Below, piece by piece: positions 24,920 through 39,119 of a stretch of DNA of 64,000 bases (the stretch's first letter is position 1; every line of letters starts with the position of its first letter). The translations under genes and the position numbers were made by a program. The notes below the pieces were generated by a model. It was given only the letters and a program-made list of their open reading frames with translations, made no database searches and had not been told where the DNA came from. Source of the DNA: Octopus sinensis (taxonomy: Eukaryota); assembly GCF_006345805.1 (NCBI RefSeq), contig NC_042998.1:131006001-131070000 (forward strand). Direction: 5' to 3'.

Positions 24920-25639
24920 TATATATACTTCTATTTATACTTGCCAATGAATCTGTTTTTTTTTTAATACATCTTTGTCTTCCTCTACTTTATCCCTTTA
25001 CTTATTTCACCATCTCTGTATCTTTGTAACTCACACGCAATATTTTTTCTATACTTTCTTATGAATTATATTAGTGTTTACTTTATTTCATTATACATAT
25101 ACTTCACATTTTGTCTTTTTTTCACCAAATCGTTTTTCTCACATAATCATATTTCTGTCCCTCTCTCCTCTACTGAAGTTCTCTATCTTCTAAATTGTTT
25201 ATCAACTCATCCATTTTAATCTCATTTTGTTTCGTCCCCGTTTCACTTTCACAGCTTACTCCATATTCTAATAGTAACGGTCATATTGGGTCATTGGCAT
25301 ATGCATACACAGTTACATGTATAGAAAGGCTGCTATTTTAAAAACTAGTACACGAATATCTCAAAGCACAGCGGGTGCACTTGGTATTCACTACCGAATA
25401 TAACAATATACAAATTTAAGAGCATTTGTACTTTACTGCTTGTTATATCTCGCAAGATACTTCTTCTGCTGTACATTTTAATTAAAGACTGGAACGGTTA
25501 CAAACAACCCATCCCCACATTTTCACACCTACACACACACACGCACACGTCAAGATCACCAGCCCTCTTTCACACGCACATACATGCTCTCTTACACACA
25601 CGCGCACCTTCGTTTTAGGATCACTACTATTTTGTATCT

Positions 25640-25885
25640 CCCCTACTTCTTAGCTCTCCTGTGTGACCCTTCTGTCCGGCATTCGCCATGATTGATCGCT
25701 AGCCACTACACACATTTTTTTCTCTCCTTGTTGAATGTATACTATGTGTGTTCCTTTTTGTGGAAGATCGTAGGATCGAAACGTTAAAGATTTTTTTCAA
25801 TTCCTGAGCGTTATACTAATGCATCTGTTTGTTTTCTACACCACCTGTCTTCGTTTTTTGTTCTTTTTTTTCGTGAATTCTCCCC
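25640..25885 (+). mobile_element. PLE-type short repeat with degenerate hammerhead motif (25754-25789)
   Basis: CUUU-UUGUGGA-A-GAUC GUAG GAUC-GAAAC GUU-AAAG. The downstream cctgagcgtta...cacctgtcttcgttttttg matches 15085-15180 reversed. Confidence 0.55.
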
Positions 25886-26389
25886 GAAATATATTTATGT
25901 TTATGCATGCATACATACATCTATGCATAGATGTGTGTGTATGTACATATGTATATATACATATATGTACGTGTATATATGCAGTGTACATTTATATATA
26001 ACGATGATTTGTATATTTACATTTGCACCTGTAATTATTGGAGCACTTGGATATATAACCAGCTGACTCAGCATCAAAGTTAAAAATTTAGATTTCTCAA
26101 AGCCAGAGAGTTGAAAGCTAATTAGAAAACTACATACATAAGTTATCAATGCAAGAGTAAAATTATGCAGAGTTTTTCAAAAGATCAACTAATAGGTATG
26201 CATGCACTACTAATCTAGGCGTGCAACTATATTTACAAGTACATATACATACAGCAAAACATATAAATTTGCACATGAACAGACACCAAATACTTGCACG
26301 TAGACAAAGGTAATGGTATACACGTATACACATACATACACGAGCATTTTCATGTATATGTATATAGTGCATATGTTACATTGTAAACG

Positions 26390-26899
26390 TGGAGGTGCAA
26401 TGGCCCAGTGGTTAGGGCAGCGAACTTGCGGTCGTAGGATCGAGATATCGATTCCCAGACCGGGCATTGTGAGTGAGTGTTTATTGAGCGAAAACACCTA
26501 AAGCTCCACGAGGCTCCGGCAGGGGTGGGGTAAACCCTGCTGTACTATTTCACCACAACGTTATCTCACTCTTTCTTCCTGTTTCTGTTGTACCTCTATT
26601 TCAAAGGGCCAGCCTTGTCACACTCTGTGTCACGGTGAATCTCCCCGAGAACGATGTTAAGGGTACACATGTCTGTGGAGTGCTCAGCCACTTGCACGTT
26701 AATAAATGAGCTGCGACGTCACTGGTGTCAAGCTATATCGGCCTTTGACTTTCCCTTGGATAACACTGGTGGCGTGGAGAGGGGAGGATGGTGTGCGTGG
26801 GCAACTGCTGGTCTTCCATAAACAACTTTGCCTAGACTTGTGCCTCGGAGGGTAACATTCTAGGTACAATCCCATGGCCATTCATGACCGAAGGGAGTC
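26390..26899 (+). mobile_element. Chimeric SINE: family E head and C-type body joined to a family D tail
   Basis: 26390-26600 matches the 13895-14203 head, 26601-26702 matches the 21256 body, and 26704-26899 matches the 19488-19690 tail. Confidence 0.75.
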
Positions 26900-27139
26900 A
26901 CAACATTGTATACATTCAACACACAGCATAGAATATTTGTAATTCAAAATGAAAACTGCGTCAAGACTTTACTTGTGAGGAAACCCTAATAGTATTAAGT
27001 ATTTAAGAATTTCGTCTTGAAGCGAACGATAAAATTCCCTGGATTGTTTATGAATTTTAAATATATCTACAAATACTCGACAAAAACATGAAGCATGCAA
27101 AAGCATGTATATACTTTATTTTTACTTTTTAACCTATTT

Positions 27140-27352
27140 ACACGTTTCAGTCATTTGACAGTGGAGCACCACATATACATACACACACACGACGGGTTTC
27201 TTTCAGATTCCGTCAACCAGATCCACTCACAAGGCTTTGGTCGGCCCGTTGCCACAGTAAAATATACTTGCCCAAGGTGCCACTCAGTGGGACTAAACTT
27301 GGAACCTTGTGGTTGGGAAGCAAGTTTCTTACCACACAGCCACGCCTGCGCC
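27140..27352 (-). mobile_element. SINE family A, internally deleted copy
   Basis: The terminal gtttcagtcatttgacagtggagcacc joins directly to (CA)n and an intact head. Confidence 0.8.
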
Positions 27353-27584
27353 TTATGTGTATATATATGGATGAATATATATATATTAACATATGAATGT
27401 GTTGAGATATTCAGATATGTCTGTGCGTGCTCACGGTGTTATATGTGTCGTGTGTAATAACCAAAGATCAAAGTATAACACCATGGTTTAATCCTCACTT
27501 TGGTCGGCTGCGCACTCAAGCAGTTTGTAGTAGACTAAGCTTTATGTGAATATATCAATGCCGTTCAGCACACACATACACACA

Positions 27585-27625
<41 letters not shown>

Positions 27626-28056
27626 CACACACACATACGAACGAACAAACAAACATACATATAAAATCATAGTTGAAAGGGACTGTCACATATGCGTCTC
27701 TAAATCTTACTACGCCCATTTAAATATATAACCAGGCAGATGTGTGAATATATGCATTTTTCTACGTGTGTCATTATGTGCATACACATATATACATATG
27801 CATTCGTTAGTCTCGCACTGTTCGCCAGTTCCCTTCTCTGCCATGTGTGCGTATACACGGTTGCCTGGTCATGTTCATTCCAGAAGAAAACACATGGAGA
27901 AATTGTGCGTTTGCATGCGTGTGCAAATAAATGGCATGCGTGCGTCTGTTAGTATGTATGTATGTGCAAATATACATACATAGATACATACATACATGCA
28001 TAGATACATACATACATACATGCATACATACATACATACATACATACGTACATACA

Positions 28057-28349
28057 TATTCTTTTGTTCTTTTACTTGTTTTAGTCATTAGACTGCGGCC
28101 ACAGCCTTGAAGGGATTTCTTAGTCGAACGAATCGAACCCAGGACTTATTTTTAATCGTGGGACTTATTCTATCGGTATCTTTTGCTGAAATGATAAGTT
28201 ACGAAGACGAAAATGCTCTAACACCGGCTGTTCAACAGTGATAGAGGATAAACACAGACGCAAAGACACACACGTACATACACACACTCACACACATATT
28301 TATACACATACATACCAACAGATATATATGTAAATGTCTGTCTGTCTGC

Positions 28350-28425
<76 letters not shown>

Positions 28426-28466
28426 ATATACATAATACATACATACAACATACATACATACATACA

Positions 28467-28502
<36 letters not shown>

Positions 28503-28659
28503 TATTTATATACGACATACATCTTTTAGTTCCCGCCTACCAACTCCGCTTGTAAGGCTCTGGTCGGCTCGATAACGTAGTACAAGGCACTGTTCTAAGG
28601 TGCCACTCAGTGGGATTGAACCCGGAACTACGCAATTGGGAAGCAGGCTTCTTACCACA
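28057..28659 (-). mobile_element. SINE family A with ~250-bp internal compound microsatellite
   Basis: 3' half 28057-28263, microsatellites about 28264-28510, head 28511-28659. Confidence 0.8.
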
Positions 28660-28845
28660 TATATATATATGTATAGGGGTAGAAATGCGTATGTGTGTGT
28701 GTTTATTTGTGTTTGTGTGTGTTTGAACGTTAAACATGTGCACAAATGGCACATTGTCAGACACAGACATATTGACATATCTAGGAGTACACACACACAC
28801 AAACACACACACACATACACACACATATATATATGTATATATATG

Positions 28846-28885
<40 letters not shown>

Positions 28886-28957
28886 GCATGCATATATACT
28901 TATATATATATATACATGCATACGTACATGTATATATGTACATATACATATATATAT

Positions 28958-29008
<51 letters not shown>

Positions 29009-29293
29009 GGTGGGTGGGTGGATGTACGTGCGTGTGTACGTATACATATAAAGACAAATCTGCAATGAAGCACCACAAATGGTAGAGAACGCCTAACATA
29101 GCAAGCATGAAACCCAAGCTGGTCTCTTGTTGAAAGGTTGAATAATCAGATTGTATAAATATTCAACATTAGGCTTAAATGCTTGCGCGTTTATGTACGT
29201 ACGCTCTTTTCAGTGTATGTGTACGCATGCGTATACATACATATGTTTGTAAATATGTGTGTGTATGTATGTATGTATGTGTGTATGTATATG

Positions 29294-29340
<47 letters not shown>

Positions 29341-29683
29341 GTATGCATCTATATATATGTATATAATAAATATATATGCATATATATACACACATATATA
29401 TATATACGTATATATATATAATAGATATATATAATACATATTTATAAATATATATATAATACACACATATTTATACATACACACACACACACGCACACAC
29501 ACACACATATATGTGTATGTATGTGTGTATATATCATTAATGATGTGAAACTGAGTAATACCATTAAAGTTGATAAGTGATGGAAAATTAGGGACCTTCT
29601 GTGTATGCCTCCCGTCCCGTTGTACACTTAGGATATGTTATACGCTTTTACGTGTTCTTTGTTTATTAACAATACATTTTTCC

Positions 29684-29719
<36 letters not shown>

Positions 29720-29722
<3 letters not shown>

Positions 29723-30041
29723 AATTTTTTGTGTAATGAGATAAAAAAACCAAGGCTGTGTAGATATTAGAACATTTATAGATAGAAGGTCTTACAGCTG
29801 TTTCCAGGATATTTATTAATTATATCCCTTACTTCTCTTCATGCGTTTACTTCTGGAATGAACATGACCAGCCAAGCGTGTATACTCACACATGGCAGAG
29901 AAGGAAACTGGCGAACACCGTCTCCGATGAAGGGATCTAATTAATAAATATCCTGGAAACAGCTGTAAGGCCTTCTAACTATAAATGTTCTAATATGTAC
30001 AGAGCCATGGGTTTTTTTATCTCATTACGCAAAAAATTCTT
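29720..30041. mobile_element. PLE-type inverted pseudo-LTR pair with hammerhead motif (29920-29971, plus strand)
   Basis: About 110-bp inverted arms 29720-29830 and 29930-30041. The right arm reads GUCU-CCGAUGA-A-GGGAU...AUCCU-G-GAAAC AGCU GUA-AGGC, the same family as 19298-19349. Confidence 0.7.
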
Positions 30042-30257
30042 ATGTACACACGCTGACATATGACCAACGTTGAATCCCTTATTCGCATAATCACCGAACC
30101 TGAAATTTAACTATGGTCTGTCTATAGCACTTGTTCAGCATTACCTGACACCTTTGGGTCTCAGCGACACCATTACTTCTTAAACATACATGCATACATA
30201 TATATGTGTATATATATATATATATTTATATATATGTATATTATATACATACATATA

Positions 30258-30296
<39 letters not shown>

Positions 30297-30837
30297 ATAT
30301 TATATATATTACATGTATGTATATATATATATATACGTGTATATATATATGTGTGTGTGGTATACCTGTTTGTATGGATGTATATATGCATGTTTGTGCG
30401 TGTGTTTGTACCTCCTTGTGTGAACATGCATATGTAACTGCGAAAGTATTGTAGCAGTAATAATTATACGCATAGTAAATGTTTATTTATGCGTACGTAT
30501 GCAAACGTATTTACTTGTGTTTGCGCGTAAAATTAATTCGTTTGTGATTGTAGGTTTTCTTTTCTTCTCCTTTCGTTTGCGCATACTTTAAACTGTTCTT
30601 ATTTATTTATATTTCTTGTGCATGTGTTGGTGTGTATATTAACATTAGTGTATATATGAGTAGGTTGGATGAGGTATAGTGTTCGCATATGCATTGCTTA
30701 TTTTGGTGTGTACGCTTGCATATTCTTAAATGTGTAAATATTTACCCGTATGTATGTATGTACGTATGCACGTTTCTATGAATGTATGTACGTGAATGTC
30801 TATACGTGAGTGAATGATAATATATAATATATATATA

Positions 30838-30878
<41 letters not shown>

Positions 30879-30961
30879 TATATATATAATTAATTATATA
30901 TATATATTATTATATATATTTATACATATATATGCATATATATATAATATAATATATATAT

Positions 30962-30993
<32 letters not shown>

Positions 30994-30997
30994 ATAT

Positions 30998-31045
<48 letters not shown>

Positions 31046-31142
31046 TATGTATATATATATGTGTGTGTACGTGTGTGTATTATGTATATATATGTGTGTG
31101 TGTACGTGCGTGTGTGTGTGTGTGTGAACACATGTATTATTA

Positions 31143-32126
31143 TATCTGTTATCTTTTACGTGTTGCAGTCATTGATCTGCGACCATGCTGGGGCACCTCC
31201 ATGAAAACATCGGTCGAGCCCAGCCATCACGGGAATGTTTTAAAAGCCTGGGTATTTTCTGGAAGAACCTCAAAGTTACATTGACATAAACAACCAATTA
31301 CGGTTGTCAAGTCGTTGTGGGACAAAGAACATAAGCAAAAGACACACACACGCACATGTATGTATGTATGTATGTATGTATGTATGTATGTATGTATGTA
31401 TGTATGTATGCATGTATGTATGTATGTATGTATGAATGTATGTATATATGTATGTATGTATGAATGTATGTATGTATGTATGTATGTATGTATGTATGTA
31501 TGTATGTGTGTATGTATGCATGTATGTATGTATGTATGTATGCATGTATGTATGTATGTATGTATGTATGTATGTATGTATGTATGTATGCATGTATGTA
31601 TGTATGTATGTATGTATGTATGCATGCATGTATGTATGTATGTGTGCATGTATGTGTGTATGTATGTATGTATGTATGTATGTATGCATGTATGTATGTA
31701 TGTATGCATGTATGTATGTATGTATGTATGTATGTATGTATGTATGTATGCATGTATGTATGTATGTATGTATGTATGCATGCATGTATGTATGTATGTA
31801 TGTATGTATGTATGCATGTATGTATGTATGTATGTATGTATGCATGCATGTATGTATGTATGTATGCATGTATGTATGTATGTATGTATGTATGTATGTA
31901 TGCATGTATGTATGTATGTATGCATGTATGTATGTATGTATGTATGTATGTATGTATGTATGTATGTGTGTATACGGCAAGTTTCTATCAATTTCCTCTT
32001 ACCAAATCCACACGCAAGGCATTGGTCGGACTGCGGTTGCTGTAGAAGAAACTTGTCTAAGGTATGGTGCTGTGGTACTTTTCCCAAGAGCACATGGTTG
32101 GGAAACAAACTTCCTAACTATGCCTC

Positions 32127-32129
<3 letters not shown>
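31143..32129 (-). mobile_element. SINE family A split by a ~620-bp (CATA)n expansion
   Basis: 3' half 31143-31348, (TATG)n about 31357-31970, head 31971-32129. Confidence 0.75.
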
Positions 32130-32157
<28 letters not shown>

Positions 32158-32162
32158 CACAC

Positions 32163-32197
<35 letters not shown>

Positions 32198-32726
32198 CAC
32201 ACACACACACACACACACAGCGACACACACGCACACACCACACACACAGTACAAATGAACACACACGTACAAACATACAAACACAACACACACACACACA
32301 CACACAGAAACACGCTCACACATCTGTTGGCGTACCTTCTTTAGTTTATATGATGTAATAATATGTGTATTTCTGCGCATGGGGGGTATTTAATGATGTG
32401 CTTTAATGCATATGTCTGTGTGTGTGTATCGGCAATTGGTGCTTGACTTGTGTGTTGTTGTTAGGCTTGACTCTGTTGGTGTATGTGTGTGTGTCTACTT
32501 GTGTATGCGTATTTGGACAGCGTGTGCAATGGTAGGGGGAATGAGAGGATGTTTGAATGAGCCGAAACGAGTGTGGCTGTGCGTATGTATGTATGTTATG
32601 TATGTATGTATGTATGTATGTATGTATGTATGTATGTATGTATGTATGTATGCATATGTGTAGGTATTATGTGCGTGTGTGTGCGTGCTTGCATACACAC
32701 ACACACACACACACACACATATTTAT

Positions 32727-32759
<33 letters not shown>

Positions 32760-32792
32760 GTATGAATATATATCTGTATCTATATAGATTTT

Positions 32793-32826
<34 letters not shown>

Positions 32827-32983
32827 GAATATATATATATATAATATGTATTATATATGTGTATATAATATATATATATACGTGTATATATTATATATGT
32901 GTATATATATATGTGTGTATATATATATATATATATGTGTATATATATGTATATATATATATATATGTGTGTAAATATATATA

Positions 32984-33026
<43 letters not shown>

Positions 33027-33027
33027 G

Positions 33028-33059
<32 letters not shown>

Positions 33060-33299
33060 CGCTTATGTATTTGTATACGTGTGTGTTTGTGTGTATGTGT
33101 GTGTGTGTGCGTGTGTGTGTGTTTGTTGTGTAATTCATTGCTGATGTATATATGCGTCCGCTTTTGTGACACCGAGGGAACGTATTAATTGAATCAAAGC
33201 TGCCACAAACTACCAGACGTATTAATGGATAGATAAACAGACAGCTAGTAAGTTAGACGGACAGGCAGATAGACAGACAGACAGACAGACATCCTTGCG

Positions 33300-33322
33300 T
33301 AGATAGATAGATAGATAGATAT

Positions 33323-33412
<90 letters not shown>
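33300..33412. repeat. (GATA)n microsatellite
   Basis: Directly visible. A second array lies at about 39868-39958. Confidence 0.95.
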
Positions 33413-33415
<3 letters not shown>

Positions 33416-34036
33416 TTAAATGTGTACGTTAACGAATGACTGAATGAATGGTTTCATGGAAGAATGAATGAGTATACGATGAGACAGATCTGAATTGGGC
33501 AATGAAATGCTTTAGGTAAATGAGGGGGCAACTCAGTGTGTATTAAAATGATAACAGCAAGCACAAGGGGTGGCCGTTTGGCATATGAAATATTTGTTTA
33601 AATAATGACACTTAGCTATACATGCAAGATGGCGGCGTGTGTGATGTGTGTTTGTATGTATGTATCCCTGTGTGTGCTTGTACGAGCGTAGTTTTGTGTA
33701 TATGTATGTGTATTTACAAGAATTTATGTACGCATACATGCATTGATTTATGTATGTGTGAGAGGCATAGACGATATAAATGTATGTATAAATATTTATT
33801 TCCTTTTTAGTTGACAGAAGTTTACAGAGTGGCTCAAAGACACAGAGTGTCGTGTATGGCACTCGACAAATGTTTGATTAGTGACGTAGGAAAATATGTT
33901 TTTCCGAAGCTTGTGCTGATTAGAGATGAAAAATATTGATGTCTTATATTCTAATTGTCTTGATTTTACTATCAAATATACATATGTGTATATGAATACA
34001 TGAATATAAAGATGCATATGCCTACATATAGGCGTG

Positions 34037-34067
<31 letters not shown>

Positions 34068-34164
34068 CATAAATACGTCGACGCAGCAGAACACAAATAG
34101 ATGCATATATGTGAATACACTCAATGCATAAATACACGCGCATCCGCACATGTGTATGTATGTA

Positions 34165-34206
<42 letters not shown>

Positions 34207-34259
34207 AATAATTACTATGAAGCATAGTGTAGAATATATTTTATAAAGTATCGTAAGGC

Positions 34260-34752
34260 CAAAGTAAATGAAAGGCAAATCACAAGAAAGCAAATATATG
34301 AATTCCTGTAGATTTACCATGTATTCAATATTTCGGGGTTATGACCCACTTTTCAAGAAATTAACGAATGTTGCCGATGTGCGTGTGTGTAAGAGTGTGT
34401 GGCGTGGACAAGCGCGGAAAGGTGTTGTTATAGCAACTAGCTGGCTTCCTGTAACTCTCTTCTGTTGCTGATCTTTGGTAACACAGCGGAACAGGGAAAA
34501 CCTTAGAATCTCTGAGGTTATCCTCATAGACCAAAGAAACCTAAGATTAACAACAGTAGAGAGTTACAGAAAGCTAGCTGGTTGCTATAGCAACACCTTG
34601 ACGCGTATGCCCACTCAATACATGCTCACACACATAGGAAACATTCGTTAATTTCTTGAAAATGGGGTCATAACCCCGAAATATTGAATGCAAGATAAGT
34701 GTACATGAATTCATATATTGTTTTTTTTGTGATTTGCCTTACGTTTACTTTG
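34260..34752. mobile_element. Foldback/MITE-like element with long imperfect inverted arms
   Basis: Matching inverted blocks 34260-34310/34701-34752, 34320-34372/34640-34692 and 34419-34467/34551-34599. No TSD identified. Confidence 0.75.
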
Positions 34753-34798
34753 CATTGTTTTGCCTCTCCCGGGATCCTTTATACAATATATATATATA

Positions 34799-34847
<49 letters not shown>

Positions 34848-36029
34848 ATATATACATGCATTTAACCCCCCTCCGTGTATGAATACAGGTATGCATAAAC
34901 ACAGCCAAAAGATACCACAGAGTGCAAGGAGGATTATCGTGGGCTGCACCGAAAATAATGAAACTAAGATATAGCGAGAAGAATTTCCGACGCTTTGGAG
35001 AAAGATCATCTTCAATGGAGAGGGGCCAGTCCATGATAGCTTGGTGAAATTCAGACATGGCAGTAGATGTCAGAGAGATATCAGTTGCGCATTCATGAAA
35101 GATAAATGGAGGAATAGAGAAAGACAGGTGAGAGGAAGATGAAAAGAAAAAACATTTAGAGAAGAGTTCCTAGAATAAGATAAACCTGTTCTTTTAAAGC
35201 AACAGGAATATATTCTGTATACCAAGTCAGTCATCATAATAAAGAGGCTTATTAACAGTGGTATTGTTGCTTATGCCAGTATATATGCATGCACGCAAAT
35301 ATAAGTCTATAGTTTCACACATACATAGGTAAAGGTACACATACACAGGAAGAGAGGGTTGTCAGTTGTTCATGTGCGTACACACTCATTCCCATACACG
35401 TAAACACAATAGTTTTGAAAGAAAAAAACTAAATTAAAGCGTTTCGCTAAACGCTGAACGCTGAGTGAGTTTGGGTGAGAAGAAGAAAAGTAAATTCGAT
35501 TATCGACTCATTGGGAAGATATTCCTACGGGACGGAATATGCGTTTTGTGCTTCTTCATCGATTTTTTTTGTGGTGGGAAACCATATCGGAGAAAAACTG
35601 GTGCTTAATAATACGCGCAATGTTAGCGCAACACAAATACGGAAATGGTGGGCCTACGTTTGCATGTATGCCTTTATATACATGGAAATGAAAGTAGTTT
35701 CTGTTGTGTGCGTTAAGTATGATTTAGTGGGGGTAAGATTGTGTATAGTTATCTTGAAATGTTTATCTGTGTCCTATCAATACGAGTAGAGTATCCAATG
35801 AACATCTACTCATTCTCTCTTAACATCTGCGTAATCTCTCTATTCCAGTTGAAATCTAAAATTTATAATGTCATGCGGTCTTTAACTTATCAGCATTTCT
35901 TTAAAGAAGTAAACCTAAAGAAGATATAGGGTTGTCACAATGCAACTAACATACAAGCTCTGCATTTATACTGGCCTGTTTATATGCATATACTTATATA
36001 TATATATATATATATAATATAATATATAT

Positions 36030-36066
<37 letters not shown>

Positions 36067-36264
36067 TTAATATATACATGAATGTATATATATAAATATA
36101 TACGTACATTTCTCTCTCTATATATATATATATTATGTATAGTAATGATGTTTTATAAGCAATCATTGTGTATTGACTAAAGAAAATAGTCTAATATTGG
36201 GGCATACAACATATGTATATATATATATGTGTGTGTGTGTGTGTCTATATGCATAGGTGTGTGT

Positions 36265-36296
<32 letters not shown>

Positions 36297-36307
36297 AAAA
36301 ACCATTT

Positions 36308-36970
36308 ATAAGTAAGGGGAAAAGAAAAAATTTCTAATGCCAAAATATGCTGAAAATAGACACAACGTCAATGTAATTTATCACTACAAGCACGTGTTAC
36401 GAAGAAAGCCGACAAAAATTTCAAAAAATCCCGTTATTACCATATCGGACCCGATTTCAGAGTTAGCTCATAAGAACCTTCTCATCAGTGATAAATGCGG
36501 CAAAGAAATAAGTGAAATACTTACTTATACCCATGGAAGAAGTGAACACTAGATCATGAGCACAATTAAGTACCCCAAATATATCCAAAGTAGAAACTCT
36601 CTAGCACATCTCGATACACGTGCGATTCGAACCAGAAAACTCTCGTAAGGTGAGAGAGTCCGGAAGTGAACAGTATTAAATTAACATCTAATTTAGGATA
36701 AAAGTTTTCGAAAAAAATTCTATCAATGGCCAGCATATTAAAAAATACCTTTAAAGGTTAAATTTATAAACAATTTATAAGTAAGGGCAAAAGAAAAAAA
36801 ATTCTAATGCCAAAATATGCCGAAAATAGACACAACGTCAATAACCATGTAATTTATCACTACAGAACGGGTTTCGAATTGTTTATAAATTTAACCTTTA
36901 AAGGTATTTTTTAATATGCTGGCCATTGATAGAATTTTTTAGAAAAATGTTATCCTAAATTAGATGTTAA
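36308..36970. mobile_element. PLE-type pseudo-LTR remnant with nested direct and inverted repeats
   Basis: Direct repeat 36308-36398 / 36778-36876; inverted repeat 36681-36775 / 36877-36970. It shares GGCC(C)AGCATATTAAAA with the 4584-5298 element and has a degenerate CUGAUGA...GAAA motif at 36443-36493 on the minus strand. Confidence 0.6.
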
Positions 36971-37054
36971 TATATATATATATATATATATAAGGGGTGG
37001 TTATGCTCCCTGTCAGCATATATCTATTATGCGCTTCATGCAGCTTTCAGAGAC

Positions 37055-37510
37055 TTTATCTCTTATTTGTTCCAATATAGTTGCTTCGGTACCCTCAGCC
37101 AGAATTAATGACGATAAAGATCTTCCTTTATAATATTTTATTGCAACTATCTGTCTATATTAATTTTGTATACATACATTAGCATTTCGCAAAATCAGCC
37201 ATAAATTTTTATGGTCAAAATATATATACTAACAACTGGATTTAGCCAAACCATCGTGCGTTTGAGTAGTCACTACTGACGAGCCTACAACTGATAGGCG
37301 AAGCTAGTCAAGAGTATTGATCCTAGAGACGCTCATGGGGCGGTTATATCCCCTATCAGTGGTTATATATTATTCGCTTTTTACATAAAAATATTTTAAA
37401 CTCTTATTCCCTGCAATATAAGTGCTTCGACACACTCAGTCGCAATTAGTGACGATAAATTTTTTCATTTATGGTAATATATAGCTTGCAGTTGATTATA
37501 TTAATATTTA
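37055..37510 (+). repeat. Diverged ~115-bp direct repeats flanking a hammerhead-like motif (37272-37313)
   Basis: Repeats at about 37055-37170 and 37395-37510; CUGACGA-GCCUA CAACUGA UAGGC-GAAGC UA GUC. Confidence 0.45.
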
Positions 37511-38009
37511 TGTGTGTATGTGTTTGTTTGTGAGTGCACCCGTGTGTGTATGTATAGATATGTATGTATATACATATATATGTGAAGTTTTATGTATGTA
37601 AGTGTTATGTATGTACACATTTCTACTGCGCAACATTTCATATTCTATCTCTAAGTTACACCAGCTCAGTTCGGAATGAATTAGTTAATAGATACCAAAT
37701 ATTGGTCATTAGTGGGCTATAAGAAACAAATGCTCTCTGGTCGATATACACACGTCTCTTACGAATGGCATTAACCCTGTCATACGTAAATATGCTTCAA
37801 GGGCAGGTGGTTTATATTTTATTTAGTTTTACCTAAATAGTAGTATTTCTACAAATCGCTAAATATCAAAATTATCAATGAATGTATGATCATAACATAT
37901 CAGCAATATCAAGAATAGAGTTTGTCGTATGGTATAGTGCGCATGTGCGCACACATACGCACACACTCACACATACCACACACACACACACACACAAATC
38001 AGCTTCCAT

Positions 38010-38170
38010 ATATCTATTATGCAGTCATGCCGGTGATACTGGTTTGAAGGATCGAGTTGAAAAATTCGACCTCAGTATTTATTTTTAAAACTGGCAGATA
38101 TTCTACGTTTACCTTTACCCGAACTGCTAATGTTACGGGGATGTAAGCAAAGCAACGCCAGATGTGACAT
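38010..38170 (-). mobile_element. SINE family A, degenerate 3' half
   Basis: ttgaaggatcgagttgaaaaattcgacctcagtatttattttt...ccgaactgctaatgttacggggatgtaa. Confidence 0.55.
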
Positions 38171-38233
38171 ACACACTCACACATATACATACATACATAC
38201 TTATATATGTATATATATCTATATCTATATATA

Positions 38234-38272
<39 letters not shown>

Positions 38273-38349
38273 ATAATAAGTGAAATACTTACTTATACTG
38301 TGTTCGGACTCTCTCTGCACAGAAGCCACAGTGAACACGGATTAATCTT

Positions 38350-39000
38350 CTCTCTTCGTTCCCTTGAGCTATATGGGCTCAATTCCCTATCTCTCTACAT
38401 CTGGCAGTAACACCACACACCTCCCAAATCCAACTGCCCCTTCATCTACACATCTGCATGCTGCCTACTCGATACTCTCATCACACACACCACTATACAA
38501 ACACCCATACACACTGTTTAACTCATCACTCTCTTCTCATACCATTACACCTACACCCACAAACATTTCCGACTCCAAACACACCGAACAGTACCCACAT
38601 CACACACCATTACCTACATTCACACACAATCTTCAATAGCGTCACCACACATACCATTATACGAGCAACCAAATACACACTGATTAACTCTGTACACACA
38701 ACATACACCATCATCCATACTCACACACCCATACAATCACATAATACCTAAACACAAGCAATATATACACATACACGCAACACAAACATACACTATACAC
38801 ATGCACACTATTTCATCATAGACACACATACATACGCACATACGCATGTGCACACACCACCTGAAGAAGCAAAATATCAACTGCTAAACACAACACACAC
38901 ACATACGCATACAAACACACACGTTAGACTCATTCGCTCCCCGTTAACACATACTCACTCACACACATCATTCTCACATATGCACACAAGCTTGCGCACC
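38350..39000. repeat. Decayed CA/CAC-rich, G-poor low-complexity tract
   Basis: Strong C+A strand bias; yields H/T-rich pseudo-ORFs. Confidence 0.85.
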
Positions 39001-39119
39001 TTAGTTTGTTGGGGGTCACCATTACCTTTACCATTATCATTATAATTATTTCCCTTTCATTTAACCTCTTTCTCTAGACACATCGCCATATTGGAACGTT
39101 GAACTCCGGTTTTTTCATT

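Noticed and set aside
31227-32358. Longest ORFs in the track (293-347 aa, HTYI/MYVC repeats)
   Set aside because: They are (CATA)n read-through open in many frames on both strands and lie inside a SINE.
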